The notes beneath the pieces were generated by a model that saw nothing but the letters and a program-made list of their open reading frames with translations, was not told where the DNA came from and made no database searches. From a virus, in IMG/VR virus record IMGVR_UViG_3300042197_002147, positions 32,001 through 96,000 of that record: a DNA stretch of 64,000 bases; one strand, written 5' to 3'. Made by a program: the position numbers and the translations under genes. Position 1 is the first letter of the stretch. Each line of letters opens with the position of its first letter. Shown here one piece after another: positions 11,207 through 21,221 of this stretch.

Positions 11207-11225
11207 ATAGAAATGGAGATATATT

Positions 11226-11753
11226 ATGGGGTGCAATTGTAGGAAAAATAATATGAATAATGAAACTGAATTTCGTAAAGATGAAATAAAAGAACAAAAC
11301 ATAGTAAGTAAAAAGATCAGTATGATTCAAAGTTTTGCAACTGCTTTGACATCTAGAGGTCTGAGTAACGAAAAGGTTAATAAACCAACAAAACAACTTA
11401 GAGTTCTTAGTTGCTTTGGAAATAAACAAGAGGGTGGAGAACTTCCTCCTTGCGAATATCTAAAGCAGAGCACAACCCCCGGAAAACATTTTTGCGGTGG
11501 ATGCGGTTGTGGTGATCGCAAAGGAACATGGTTGGTCGCAGAAGGCGATGAGTATAGTAAGTTGGATTATCCTAAGTTGAACTGTCCTTTACAGATGCCA
11601 GGATTCACCAATTACAAAGCCTCTTCTCAGGAAGAGTCAGTTGCACCTATAACACGAAGATATTACATAGAAAACATATCTTATAAAGATTTAGAAAAGA
11701 TAAAGGTTTCTACACACGAACCTCCTGTAACTGAAGAAAAAACAAAAGATTAA
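11226..11753 (+). CDS. Hypothetical Cys-cluster protein
   Basis: GGAG RBS at ~11215; MGCNC start and HFCGGCGCGD...NCP motif. Confidence 0.7.
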   Translation: MGCNCRKNNMNNETEFRKDEIKEQNIVSKKISMIQSFATALTSRGLSNEKVNKPTKQLRVLSCFGNKQEGGELPPCEYLKQSTTPGKHFCGGCGCGDRKGTWLVAEGDEYSKLDYPKLNCPLQMPGFTNYKASSQEESVAPITRRYYIENISYKDLEKIKVSTHEPPVTEEKTKD

Positions 11754-11769
11754 TAAAATAAAATCTCCT

Positions 11770-11777
11770 TATAAATA
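11770..11777 (+). promoter_or_regulatory. T4-type late promoter TATAAATA inside an inverted repeat whose 3' arm holds the gp13 RBS
   Basis: aaaatctcctta-taaataag-taaggagatttt (11760-11791). Confidence 0.75.
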
Positions 11778-11794
11778 AGTAAGGAGATTTTTAA

Positions 11795-12595
11795 ATGGCA
11801 ATTAATTCCAGAGAAGCAATAATAGACTACGCACTCAGAAATCTGGGTCATCCTGTAATTCAAATAAATGTCGATTATAAGCAATGTGAAGACAGATTAG
11901 ATGAGGCCCTTGAGTATTTTGCCGAAAGACACTTTGATGGTGTCGAGCGTGCATTTTTTAAATACCAATTAACACAAACAGATATAAACAATGGATATAT
12001 TGAAACATCTAGTCTAGGTCCAACTAATGGACCTGGTGGGGATGGACCAACAGGAAACGACATATTAAGCGTAGTTAAAATTTTTCAATTTGGAAATTTA
12101 ACAACAGTTGATATGTTTGATATTCGCTATCAATTAGCTTTAACAGATTATTTTGGTATAAATCGCGGACTTGCTGGTTCGCCGGCAATGGGTCTTGCTT
12201 CTTACGATTCCGCAAAAAGATATATCAAACTAATTCAAGATTTTTTCCAACCAGAAAAAAGAATTGAATTTAGCAAAGTTACAAACAGAATTCATATAAC
12301 CGGAAGAAAAGCAGATCTGATCGCTGGACAGTATGTTATTTTGGAAACATTTGTGCTATTGAATCCAGAAAAATATACAGAAATCTATAACGACCGTCTA
12401 TTAAAAAAGTACCTAACGGCCCTCATAAAAAGACAATGGGGCGCAAACATGGCTAAATATGACGGCGTTCAGCTCCCTGGCGGAATAACCCTTAAGGGAG
12501 CTGCGATATATCAAGAAGCACAGGCCGAAATACAAGCAATTGAGGTCGAACTTCTAACCGCGTATGAGTTACCTATAGATTTTATGGTAGGATAA
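11795..12595 (+). CDS. gp13: Neck protein gp13
   Basis: YALRNLGHPVIQINVD...ERHFDG...KRQWGANMAKYDGVQLPGGITL; synteny. Confidence 0.93.
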   Translation: MAINSREAIIDYALRNLGHPVIQINVDYKQCEDRLDEALEYFAERHFDGVERAFFKYQLTQTDINNGYIETSSLGPTNGPGGDGPTGNDILSVVKIFQFGNLTTVDMFDIRYQLALTDYFGINRGLAGSPAMGLASYDSAKRYIKLIQDFFQPEKRIEFSKVTNRIHITGRKADLIAGQYVILETFVLLNPEKYTEIYNDRLLKKYLTALIKRQWGANMAKYDGVQLPGGITLKGAAIYQEAQAEIQAIEVELLTAYELPIDFMVG

Positions 12596-12598
12596 TAA

Positions 12599-13537
12599 AT
12601 GGCAGTTAATCCATTCTTTCGTGACAGCACAGCAGAGCAAAGACTACTCAACGATTTGACTATAGAGACAATTCGTGCAATGGGTAGAGATATGGTTTAT
12701 ATACCAAGAAATTATGTAAACCTAGATGAATTATTTGGTGAAGATATACAAAACAAATTTACTGACGCATACACAATTGAAATGTACATTAAAAATGTCA
12801 TGCAATTTGATGGTCAGGGTGATGTTATCAGTAAATTTGGAATAAACATAACAGATAGAGTTTCTTTAGTTTTGTCAAAAACAAGATTTGAACAGGAAAT
12901 TACAACTAAAGATGCAGAAATAAAATATCCAAGAGTAGGTGATCTTGTTTACTTTCCATTGAGCAATTCTTTGTTTGAGATTAATCATGTAAATAAAAGA
13001 GATCCATTTTATCAATTTGGTACACTAACAACATATACATTGGAGTGCGAACTCTTCTCATATAGCAATGAAGAAATCACCACTGGTATTAGCGACATTG
13101 ATACAATAGAAGATGATCGAAAAGAGTATGCACTAAAAATGTTTATTGGTGCAACTGCCGTTGATCCTGTTTTTGGTTCATACTATTCTGGAGAAAAGGT
13201 ATATCAAGTTCTTGGTTTAAGTGGAGCTGGTGCTACATTGTCCTCAGCAACAGCAACAGCAACAATTGTAGAACAAATAGACGGAACAACTTACGATATT
13301 CTGTATCTTGCCAATGTCGTTGGAACATTTGCTACGGGTGGTCAAACAATCAAAGGAGCAAATTCTGGTGCAGAATTTACAGTACAAAACAGTTTCACAA
13401 CAAATATTCTTATACAGAAAGATCCACAGAATACAATATCTGCAAACAAGGATAATGACATATTGCAATTTAAGAGCACAAGTACAGGAATCTTTGACTT
13501 CACCGAAACAGATCCATTCTCGGAAGGTAAATATTAA
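12599..13537 (+). CDS. gp14: Neck protein gp14 (head closure)
   Basis: EQRLLNDLTIETI...YIPR...SKFG...PRVGDLVYFP...PFYQFG...DFTETDPF; synteny. Confidence 0.92.
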   Translation: MAVNPFFRDSTAEQRLLNDLTIETIRAMGRDMVYIPRNYVNLDELFGEDIQNKFTDAYTIEMYIKNVMQFDGQGDVISKFGINITDRVSLVLSKTRFEQEITTKDAEIKYPRVGDLVYFPLSNSLFEINHVNKRDPFYQFGTLTTYTLECELFSYSNEEITTGISDIDTIEDDRKEYALKMFIGATAVDPVFGSYYSGEKVYQVLGLSGAGATLSSATATATIVEQIDGTTYDILYLANVVGTFATGGQTIKGANSGAEFTVQNSFTTNILIQKDPQNTISANKDNDILQFKSTSTGIFDFTETDPFSEGKY

Positions 13538-14298
13538 TGTTTGGAATAGAATCAAGTTATTATAACGAAACAATTAGAAAGCTAGTAATAGCATTTGGTT
13601 CTCTATTTAATGAAATTTATTTGTCAAAATACGATGCAAATGACAATGTAACGGAAAAAGTAAGAGTTCCTATAACATACGGACCGAAGGAAAAGTTTGT
13701 TCGTAAGCTCAGAGAAGATAGCACAATAACAGACAATGCTCATGTTCAAATAACTTTACCAAGATTTGGTTTTGATATTACTACTTACTTGTATGACCCG
13801 ACAAGAAAAGTAAATAAAATGAAAAAGATTTCTATGGAATCGAATAATGTAGAAAGTTCAATGTGGGCCGAGGTTCCATACAATATAAATTTTGGTTTGT
13901 ATCTTTTTACTAGAAATGTAACAGATAATTTGCAAATTGTAGAACAAATTCTTCCAAATTTTTCTCCAGACTTTACTGTGACATTAAAAATGAACAAACT
14001 GGCAACTAAGGTAGATGTTCCAGTAATTCTAAACTCTGTTGCAACGAATGAAGATTATGAGGGAGATTTTGGTAATCGAAGACTCATAACAACAGTTTTT
14101 GATTTTACAGCAAAAGCGTATTTGTATGGGCAAATTAAAGATAGATCACCGCTTTCAATTGAGACATCCGAAGTTAACTTCTTCAACATGTCTCTTGGTT
14201 CTACAGCAAGTGCTTATAACTTTATAACTGATTTTGGTTGGACTGGCGATTCTGCAACTGGAAATACGACAAGCACAAATGGATCGAATATAATATGA
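13537..14298 (+). CDS. gp15: Tail sheath stabiliser/completion protein gp15
   Basis: YYNETIRKLVIAFGSLFN...VPITYGPKEKF...LPR...QIVEQILPNFSP...DYEGDF. Confidence 0.93.
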   Translation: MFGIESSYYNETIRKLVIAFGSLFNEIYLSKYDANDNVTEKVRVPITYGPKEKFVRKLREDSTITDNAHVQITLPRFGFDITTYLYDPTRKVNKMKKISMESNNVESSMWAEVPYNINFGLYLFTRNVTDNLQIVEQILPNFSPDFTVTLKMNKLATKVDVPVILNSVATNEDYEGDFGNRRLITTVFDFTAKAYLYGQIKDRSPLSIETSEVNFFNMSLGSTASAYNFITDFGWTGDSATGNTTSTNGSNII

Positions 14299-14308
14299 GG
14301 TTTAAATT

Positions 14309-14791
14309 ATGTCTGAAGAAAAAATATCAAAAGCTTTGGAAATAAAGTATGAAGCTTCTGAAAAACCAAAAGAAGTTATTGTAGATAAAAAACAACTCTC
14401 TCAGATGAAAAGAGAGAGAAGAGAACAATTACTAAATACTGATTTTGATTCTGCCAGAGATGGTATAAAGGATTTGATCAATACCGGGATGGATGCTGTT
14501 GATGGAATAATGAAAGTAGCAACAGCAGGGGATTCCCCCCGCGCTTATGAGGTTGCAGCGACTCTTTTGAAAACAATAAGCGATATGAACAAAGACTTAT
14601 TGGAGATTCATAAACAGGCAAATGAAGCGGAAAAAGATAAAATATCTGTAAAAAACACAACAAATAATTCAATATATGTTGGATCTACCACAGATTTACA
14701 AAATTTGTTAAACAAATCAAGAAGTCAATTTAAATCAGAAGCAAACGATGATAGTATTATAGATGTGGAGGGTGAAGAAGATGCCAATTAA
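14309..14791 (+). CDS. gp16: Terminase small subunit gp16
   Basis: SPRAYEVAATL and NNSIYVGSTTDLQ motifs; directly upstream of gp17. Confidence 0.92.
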   Translation: MSEEKISKALEIKYEASEKPKEVIVDKKQLSQMKRERREQLLNTDFDSARDGIKDLINTGMDAVDGIMKVATAGDSPRAYEVAATLLKTISDMNKDLLEIHKQANEAEKDKISVKNTTNNSIYVGSTTDLQNLLNKSRSQFKSEANDDSIIDVEGEEDAN

Positions 14792-16511
14792 GTACAATAA
14801 AAAAGGTTATTTAGGTAATAAAAATCTAAAACCAGTCGGCGTAAAGATAGATTTCACAAAAGAACAAGTAGAAGAGTACTTAAAGTGTGCAAATGACCCT
14901 TTGTATTTTGCAAAAAATTATATCAAAGTTGTATCTCTTGACTCTGGTGTAGTTCCTTTTAATTTATACGATTATCAAGAAAAAATTGTACAAACATTAG
15001 CAAATAACAGACATGTAATTTGCAAATTACCCAGACAGTCTGGAAAAACTACAACAGTTGGTCCTGGATATCTGTTAGGAAAAGCATTATTTAATCAGAA
15101 CATGAATATAGCAATTCTTGCAAACAAACAATCTGCTGCAAGAGAAGTTTTAGCAAGAATTAAAATGGCATATGAATATCTTCCTTTGTGGATGCAGCAA
15201 GGTATAGTTGAATGGAACAAGCACTCAATTCAATTAGAAAATGGTTCAAGAATAATTGCTGCCGCCACCAGTTCGAGTGCTGTTCGTGGTGGATCTTTTA
15301 ATATTATTTTATTAGATGAGTTCGGACATGTACCTACGAATGTATCTGAAGAATTTTTTAGTTCGGTGTATCCAACAGTAACATCTGGTCAAACTACTCA
15401 AGTTATCATAATTTCCACTCCAAATGGGTTGAATATGTTTTATCAGTTTTGGAAGGGTGCTGTAAATCAAAAAAATGAATACATTCCAATAGAAGTACAC
15501 TGGAGTCAAGTTCCTGCATATCCTGGCGGTCCTCTTAGAGATGAAGAATGGAAAAAGAAAACAATACAAAATACATCAGAAAGACAGTTTCAACAAGAGT
15601 TTGAATGCGACTTTGTTGGATCTAGTAACACATTAATATCTTCAACCAAATTAAATAGTTTATATTGGAAACAACCACTAGTACGAAATAAAGATGGTTA
15701 TTGGGTTTACGAGGAACCAATAAAACACCAAAAAGACGAAGACAATGTAGAAAAAGATCATGTATATTTCATGACTGTCGATACATCTAGAGGACAAGGA
15801 AAAGATTATAGTGCAATTGTTGTTTTAGATGTAACCCAAACTCCATATAAAGTTGTGGCAAAATACAGAAATAATATTATATCCCCTTTGGTGCTACCTT
15901 CTATAGTTAGATCAATAGGCAAAAAATATAATAATGCTTATTGTTTAGTCGAAGTAAATGATATAGGAGGACAGGTTGCTGATATTTTGCATAATGATCT
16001 AGAATATGAAAATTTAATAAAGGTAAATGTTTTAGGAAGAAAAGGTCAAATAATTAGCGAATTTGGCAGATCTCAGCAAATGGGTGTAAGAACTACAACC
16101 ATAGTGAAAAAATTAGGCTGTTCTGTTTTAAAAAATTTAATAGAACAGGATAAATTGGTTATTGAGGATATAGACATAATTGATGAGTTGACTACCTTTA
16201 TTGCAAAAAGAAATAGTTTTGAGGCAGATGATGGTCATAATGATGATTTAGTGATGTGTTTGGTGTTTTTTGCTTGGGCCACAAGACAAGAATTTTTTAA
16301 AAATTTGACAGATTTAGATGTTCGTTTAGAAATGTATAAAAATGAAATAGAAAAAATAGAATCAGAAATAATGCCTTTTGGTTTTTTTGATGATGGAACA
16401 CCTGAAACTGAAAAAACAGAAAAAATTGGTGAAGATTATTGGATTCTGAGTGATAAACCTATTAAAAAAGTCGATTTTGACACTCCAATTGATATGAAAA
16501 TGTGGTTTTAG
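14781..16511 (+). CDS. gp17: Terminase large subunit gp17
   Basis: YLGNKNLK, PRQSGKT Walker A, LDE Walker B, STPNG, HNDDLVM; start moved to ATG 14781 after GGAGG. Confidence 0.97.
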   Translation: MPIKYNKKGYLGNKNLKPVGVKIDFTKEQVEEYLKCANDPLYFAKNYIKVVSLDSGVVPFNLYDYQEKIVQTLANNRHVICKLPRQSGKTTTVGPGYLLGKALFNQNMNIAILANKQSAAREVLARIKMAYEYLPLWMQQGIVEWNKHSIQLENGSRIIAAATSSSAVRGGSFNIILLDEFGHVPTNVSEEFFSSVYPTVTSGQTTQVIIISTPNGLNMFYQFWKGAVNQKNEYIPIEVHWSQVPAYPGGPLRDEEWKKKTIQNTSERQFQQEFECDFVGSSNTLISSTKLNSLYWKQPLVRNKDGYWVYEEPIKHQKDEDNVEKDHVYFMTVDTSRGQGKDYSAIVVLDVTQTPYKVVAKYRNNIISPLVLPSIVRSIGKKYNNAYCLVEVNDIGGQVADILHNDLEYENLIKVNVLGRKGQIISEFGRSQQMGVRTTTIVKKLGCSVLKNLIEQDKLVIEDIDIIDELTTFIAKRNSFEADDGHNDDLVMCLVFFAWATRQEFFKNLTDLDVRLEMYKNEIEKIESEIMPFGFFDDGTPETEKTEKIGEDYWILSDKPIKKVDFDTPIDMKMWF

Positions 16512-16574
16512 TGAAAACGATAAAAAGGATATATATTTTAGACATATTCTAATAATCATCAAGGAGAAGATAAA

Positions 16575-17783
16575 ATGGCAAGACCAAATGTTACAATAAG
16601 AATAGTTGATGAATCTCTTTCGCCACCAGCTGGCGAAACTTTAGGTCCAGTAAGAGGCGGAATGGTTTCTCGTAATGGTCTTTTACTAAGAATGGGATAT
16701 ACTTCAGACAAAGAACAAGGTTATCTTTTTACAGAAAATGTAAATGATTGGTTTGCTCGTTTGAGAGACTATACATATAGAACAAATTTAGCAGCAGGAT
16801 TTGCTGGTGCAACATTGACTGCATCTATAGGTCCATCTGCTGCTGCATTTATAGCGGCAACCAATGCCAATAACGGTTCAAATTGGGCATCAGAATGGTG
16901 GGCTGTTCATAATTTCTTGCAATATGGTGCAGGATGCTATGTTGGTGGAACTGGTTCTGTTTCAAATACAGTAAATGTTTATACTGCATTGCAACCATCA
17001 GAGGTTGATTTGGATGTAATGTTTATGGGTGGAACCGCCGCGGCAGATGTTACAAATATGCAAGCAGTTGTTGATGCAAAATCTTCGACAGATTTTGCAA
17101 TAATTGGCGTTCAAACATCAGTTGGTAGCACATATCCAAGTACAGCACCTACATCTGGTACTAGCGAATTCTATGTTCATACATGGGGTCACAAATTACA
17201 CTTTGATACTGCTGGCGATCTAATCAGAACAAATCTAACTCCAGATGTAGCCGGTTGTATAGCAAGAACAGATAGAGATTATTATCCATGGTATTCTCCA
17301 GCAGGAAGAATTCGTGGAAGAGTTTTAAATGTAGTTCGTTTGGAAAACAACCCAACTGCATCAGAACAAGATACTATGTTTGATGCTGGTTATAATCCAG
17401 TAGTTACTTTCCCAGGCGAAGGAACTATTTTGTTTGGTGATAAAACTGGAGCATCAGATACTTCTACCTTGAGCAGAATAAATGTTTCTAGATTGTTCAT
17501 TCATCTTAGAAAGACACTTTCACCAATTGCTAGAGCAATATTGTTTGAGCAAAATGATGAAACAACAAGATCTAGATTCCGTCTTGCTGCTGATACTGTG
17601 TTGAGTCAAGTACAAGGTCAAAGAGGCATAAGTGACTATAGAATAATTTGTGATTCTACTAACAATACACCAGATTTAATTCAACAAAGAATATTTGTTG
17701 CCGATGTATTGGTTAAACCAGTCACTGCAATAAATTATGTAAGATTGACATTCACAAATAAGAATCTAAGTGATCCCTTATAA
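16575..17783 (+). CDS. gp18: Tail sheath protein gp18 (short form, 402 aa)
   Basis: PWYSPAG..RG, NPVVTFPGEG.ILFGDKT, SRINVSRLF, LFEQND, ICDSTNNTP, KPVTAINYV. Confidence 0.93.
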   Translation: MARPNVTIRIVDESLSPPAGETLGPVRGGMVSRNGLLLRMGYTSDKEQGYLFTENVNDWFARLRDYTYRTNLAAGFAGATLTASIGPSAAAFIAATNANNGSNWASEWWAVHNFLQYGAGCYVGGTGSVSNTVNVYTALQPSEVDLDVMFMGGTAAADVTNMQAVVDAKSSTDFAIIGVQTSVGSTYPSTAPTSGTSEFYVHTWGHKLHFDTAGDLIRTNLTPDVAGCIARTDRDYYPWYSPAGRIRGRVLNVVRLENNPTASEQDTMFDAGYNPVVTFPGEGTILFGDKTGASDTSTLSRINVSRLFIHLRKTLSPIARAILFEQNDETTRSRFRLAADTVLSQVQGQRGISDYRIICDSTNNTPDLIQQRIFVADVLVKPVTAINYVRLTFTNKNLSDPL

Positions 17784-17784
17784 A

Positions 17785-17792
17785 CATAAATA
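17785..17792 (+). promoter_or_regulatory. Late-promoter-like CATAAATA upstream of gp19
   Basis: One mismatch to TATAAATA; same octamer at 11202, 38866, 48376, 49604 and 63032. Confidence 0.6.
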
Positions 17793-17815
17793 AATAGAAA
17801 GCAAGGGAGAAAAAT

Positions 17816-18406
17816 ATGGCAACAGGTATAAATGATTTTAGACAGAGATTTAATGGTCATAGACCAAATAGATTTTTAATTAATGGTTCCTTTCCAAATG
17901 CGGTGACACAAGGAAACACTTCAAGTTCTGCTGGAGCAGCATCTGGTGTTCATTTTGATGTCTATTGCAAAGCAACTCAAGTTCCTGGTTCTAGTATTGG
18001 AGTAATTCCAGTTGCTTGGCAGGGAAGAACTGTTAAGTTTTCTGGTGAAAGAACATACGCCGATTGGTCAATACAAATATATGATTCAAGCGATAGTTCT
18101 CAAAATCTAAGACAAATGTTTGAAACATGGATCAATTTGATGGATCATAGAACATTACACACAATGGACTATAGTTTAACATCAAACTGGACTGTTTCCT
18201 TCAATGATGCAACAAGTTCTGTTATTTCTAATCCACAAAGTGGACACAATGAGACTTATACGCTCAGAAATTGTTTCCCATTGGATATATCTCCAATAGA
18301 TTTGTCTTATGAAATGACTGATACTTTTGCAGAATTCACGGTTACATTGGCATATGATTTCTGGGAACCCAATGGTAGTTCTATACCACCACTCATTGCG
18401 CTTTAA
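17816..18406 (+). CDS. gp19: Tail tube protein gp19
   Basis: RPNRF, CKATQVPGS, GRTVKFSGERTYADW, FPLDISPIDLSY, EFTVTLAYDFW. Confidence 0.93.
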   Translation: MATGINDFRQRFNGHRPNRFLINGSFPNAVTQGNTSSSAGAASGVHFDVYCKATQVPGSSIGVIPVAWQGRTVKFSGERTYADWSIQIYDSSDSSQNLRQMFETWINLMDHRTLHTMDYSLTSNWTVSFNDATSSVISNPQSGHNETYTLRNCFPLDISPIDLSYEMTDTFAEFTVTLAYDFWEPNGSSIPPLIAL

Positions 18407-18452
18407 TAGTACAGTTTAAATTGTTTTGAACTAAAAAGGAGATTTTTATATT

Positions 18453-20030
18453 ATGGGTTTAATAGATAGAGTATTTGGTTTTTCTTTCAAGAAAGATGAT
18501 TTTCCAAAAGAGAACGACTTAGGAGGGTTGGAACAACCAAAGTCCCAGCCCTCTTTTGTTGCTCAAGAAGACTACGATGGAACCTATGTCATAGAAGGTG
18601 GCGGGTTCTTTAGTAGTTACTTTGACTTTGGTGGAGCTCTTGTTCAAGAAAATACACAAATACAACAATATCGTTCAATGGCAATGTATCCAGAAGTTGA
18701 TCGTGCTATTCAAGATATTGTAAATGATTCAATTGTTTTTGATGGTGAATATGAATGCGTAAAATTAGATTTGGATAATGTAAGCACAATCTCCGATAAC
18801 ATCAAACAAAAAGTTCATCAAGAATTTAAAAATATTAAAAAACTTTTAGACTTTTCAAATAAAGCAGATGATATCTTTAGAAGATGGTATATAGATTCTA
18901 AAGTATTTTATCATATTATTATTGATGTTGAACATCCAGAAAAAGGTATTCAACAACTTCGTTCTATTGATCCTACAAAAATTCAAAAAGTAAGAAAAGT
19001 AGAAAAAGAAAATAAAAATATAAATGGTATGAATCTCTCTATTGTCAAAAAAGTAGATGAATTTTATGTTTATACAGATTTAGACAAAGATTCATTAACA
19101 CCAACTACGACAGCAGGACTCAAAATATCAGTGGATTCTATTTGCTATGTCCATTCTGGAGTAGTAGATAGCGGTTCTAAGCGTGTTATAGGTTATCTAC
19201 AAAAAGCAATTCGACCAGTAAATATGTTGCGTCAAATAGAAGATGCTGTAGTAATCTACAGAATTTCTAGAGCACCTGAAAGAAGAGTTTTTTACATTGA
19301 TGTAGGAAATCTACCAAAGCAAAAAGCAGAACAATATATTTCAAGTTTGATGAATAAGTATCGCAATAAAATAACATACGATACTAAATCTGGTGAAATA
19401 AAAGATGAAAGAAACCACATGTCTATGTTGGAGGATTTCTGGATTCCTAGAAGAGAAGGAAATCGTGGAACAGAAATTTCTTTGTTAGATGGGGGTCAAA
19501 ATCTTGGTCAAATGGACGATGTTGATTATCTATTAAAGAAAGTCTATAGAGCATTAAATGTTCCAATAAGTAGACTTGAAACCACAACTGGATTCAACAT
19601 GGGTAGATCAACCGAAATATCCAGAGATGAAGTCCAATTTTTCAAATTTATAGAAAAATTAAGAAAGAAATTCTCATTTTTATTCTTAGATCTTTTAAGA
19701 AAACAGTGTCTATTAAAAGGTATAATGACTGAAGAAGATTGGGACAATATAGTTCAGGATATAAGATTTGACTGGAATAAAGATTCGTACTTTACCGAAC
19801 TCAAAGAAAACGAAATAATGAGAGAAAAAGTTGATATGTTAAATATTATGGCAAATTATACAAATCAATTCTTCTCTGCAAAGTGGGTTCGTAAGAATAT
19901 CTTGAAGCAAACTGATGAAGAAATTGCAGAAATGAACGCCGAAATAGAAGAAGAACAGGCAAAAATAATGCAACAACAGATGCTTCAACAACAAATGAAC
20001 CCAGAAGGCGAACAAACAGAACAAATTTAA
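18453..20030 (+). CDS. gp20: Portal protein gp20
   Basis: IEDAVVIYRISRAPERRVFYIDVGNLPK, MLEDFWIPRREG, EISRDE. Confidence 0.98.
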   Translation: MGLIDRVFGFSFKKDDFPKENDLGGLEQPKSQPSFVAQEDYDGTYVIEGGGFFSSYFDFGGALVQENTQIQQYRSMAMYPEVDRAIQDIVNDSIVFDGEYECVKLDLDNVSTISDNIKQKVHQEFKNIKKLLDFSNKADDIFRRWYIDSKVFYHIIIDVEHPEKGIQQLRSIDPTKIQKVRKVEKENKNINGMNLSIVKKVDEFYVYTDLDKDSLTPTTTAGLKISVDSICYVHSGVVDSGSKRVIGYLQKAIRPVNMLRQIEDAVVIYRISRAPERRVFYIDVGNLPKQKAEQYISSLMNKYRNKITYDTKSGEIKDERNHMSMLEDFWIPRREGNRGTEISLLDGGQNLGQMDDVDYLLKKVYRALNVPISRLETTTGFNMGRSTEISRDEVQFFKFIEKLRKKFSFLFLDLLRKQCLLKGIMTEEDWDNIVQDIRFDWNKDSYFTELKENEIMREKVDMLNIMANYTNQFFSAKWVRKNILKQTDEEIAEMNAEIEEEQAKIMQQQMLQQQMNPEGEQTEQI

Positions 20031-20059
20031 AATAATATATACAAATAGGAGAAAATAAC

Positions 20060-20554
20060 ATGACAAACTTAGAAAAAGCAGTAGTCAGCATACTCAACAA
20101 TAATTTGGTTGAAGGAAAAAAATTAATAGAATCTAGTCTTTATCAAAAAATGGGCGAACATTTGGAGAAAAAACTTATGGAATTTGCACCATCTGTATTT
20201 AACGAAAAAATGGATCCAGTTGGCGATGAAGATGAAGATGTTGATAATGATGGTGATTCTGATGAGTCTGATGATTATTTAAAAAATCGTAGAGAAAAGA
20301 TTTCTGCTGCAATGAAGGAAGAGAAAGAAGAAGAGGAAGAAGAGGAAGAGGAAGAAGAGGAAGAAGAGGAAGAGGAAGAAGAGGACGAAGAGGACGAGGA
20401 AGAGGAAGAGGAAATGAAAGAGTCTCTTTCTGATCAAGAATTACAAGAAATGCTTTCAGAATTAATTGAACAAATTGAAAAAGAATCTGGTTATGAGTTA
20501 ACCGAAGAGGAAATTCAACAAGTAGTTGAAGCATTTTTAAACGAAAACAAATAA
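20060..20554 (+). CDS. Acidic prohead core protein (gp67/gp68 position)
   Basis: Between gp20 and gp21; DPVGDEDEDVDNDGD motif and poly-Glu tract. Confidence 0.7.
   Translation: MTNLEKAVVSILNNNLVEGKKLIESSLYQKMGEHLEKKLMEFAPSVFNEKMDPVGDEDEDVDNDGDSDESDDYLKNRREKISAAMKEEKEEEEEEEEEEEEEEEEEEEDEEDEEEEEEMKESLSDQELQEMLSELIEQIEKESGYELTEEEIQQVVEAFLNENK
20318..20413 (+). repeat. GAA/GAG low-complexity tract encoding poly-Glu
   Basis: About 30 consecutive, almost entirely acidic codons. Confidence 0.9.
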
Positions 20555-20566
20555 TAGGAATTAAAA

Positions 20567-21214
20567 ATGAAGCTAATAACTGAGACTATAGAATCTGTAA
20601 AACCAATAGTTGAATCTCGTGAGGATGGAAAAAAGAACTACTTCCTCGAAGGTATTATGCTTCAGGCAGAAACTGTAAATCGAAACGGAAGAAGATATCC
20701 TCTTAACATTTTAGAAAATGAAATAGGAAGATATAATCAAAATTTTGTTGCTAAAAAAAGAGCACTTGGTGAATTAAACCATCCACAGGGGCCTACAGTT
20801 AATTTAGATCGTGTTTCACACATGATCACAGAACTTCGTAGAAATGGTAATGATTTTATAGGTCGAGCAAAAATTCTTGCAGAAACTCCAATGGGTAATA
20901 TTGTGAAGAATTTGATTGATGAAGGTGCTTTACTGGGTGTCTCTTCTAGAGGTATGGGTTCTCTCAAGAAAGTAAACGAAGTGAATGAGGTTCAACCAGA
21001 TTTTTCTTTATCTGCAATAGACATTGTTGCTGATCCATCTGCACCAAATGCATTTGTGAATGGAATCATGGAAGGAAAAGAATGGGTTTGGGATAATGGA
21101 ATATTAAAAGAAAAAGTAATTCATGGTTATAAAACAGAACTTTCAAAAACATCAAGAAGAAATCTTGAGAAAAAAGCAATTCAATTATTTGAAGACTTTT
21201 TGAGAAGACTTTAA
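20567..21214 (+). CDS. gp21: Prohead protease gp21
   Basis: NRNGRRYP, ALGELNHP, GVSSRGMGS, DIVADPSAPNAFV. Confidence 0.97.
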   Translation: MKLITETIESVKPIVESREDGKKNYFLEGIMLQAETVNRNGRRYPLNILENEIGRYNQNFVAKKRALGELNHPQGPTVNLDRVSHMITELRRNGNDFIGRAKILAETPMGNIVKNLIDEGALLGVSSRGMGSLKKVNEVNEVQPDFSLSAIDIVADPSAPNAFVNGIMEGKEWVWDNGILKEKVIHGYKTELSKTSRRNLEKKAIQLFEDFLRRL

Positions 21215-21221
21215 ATTGCAC

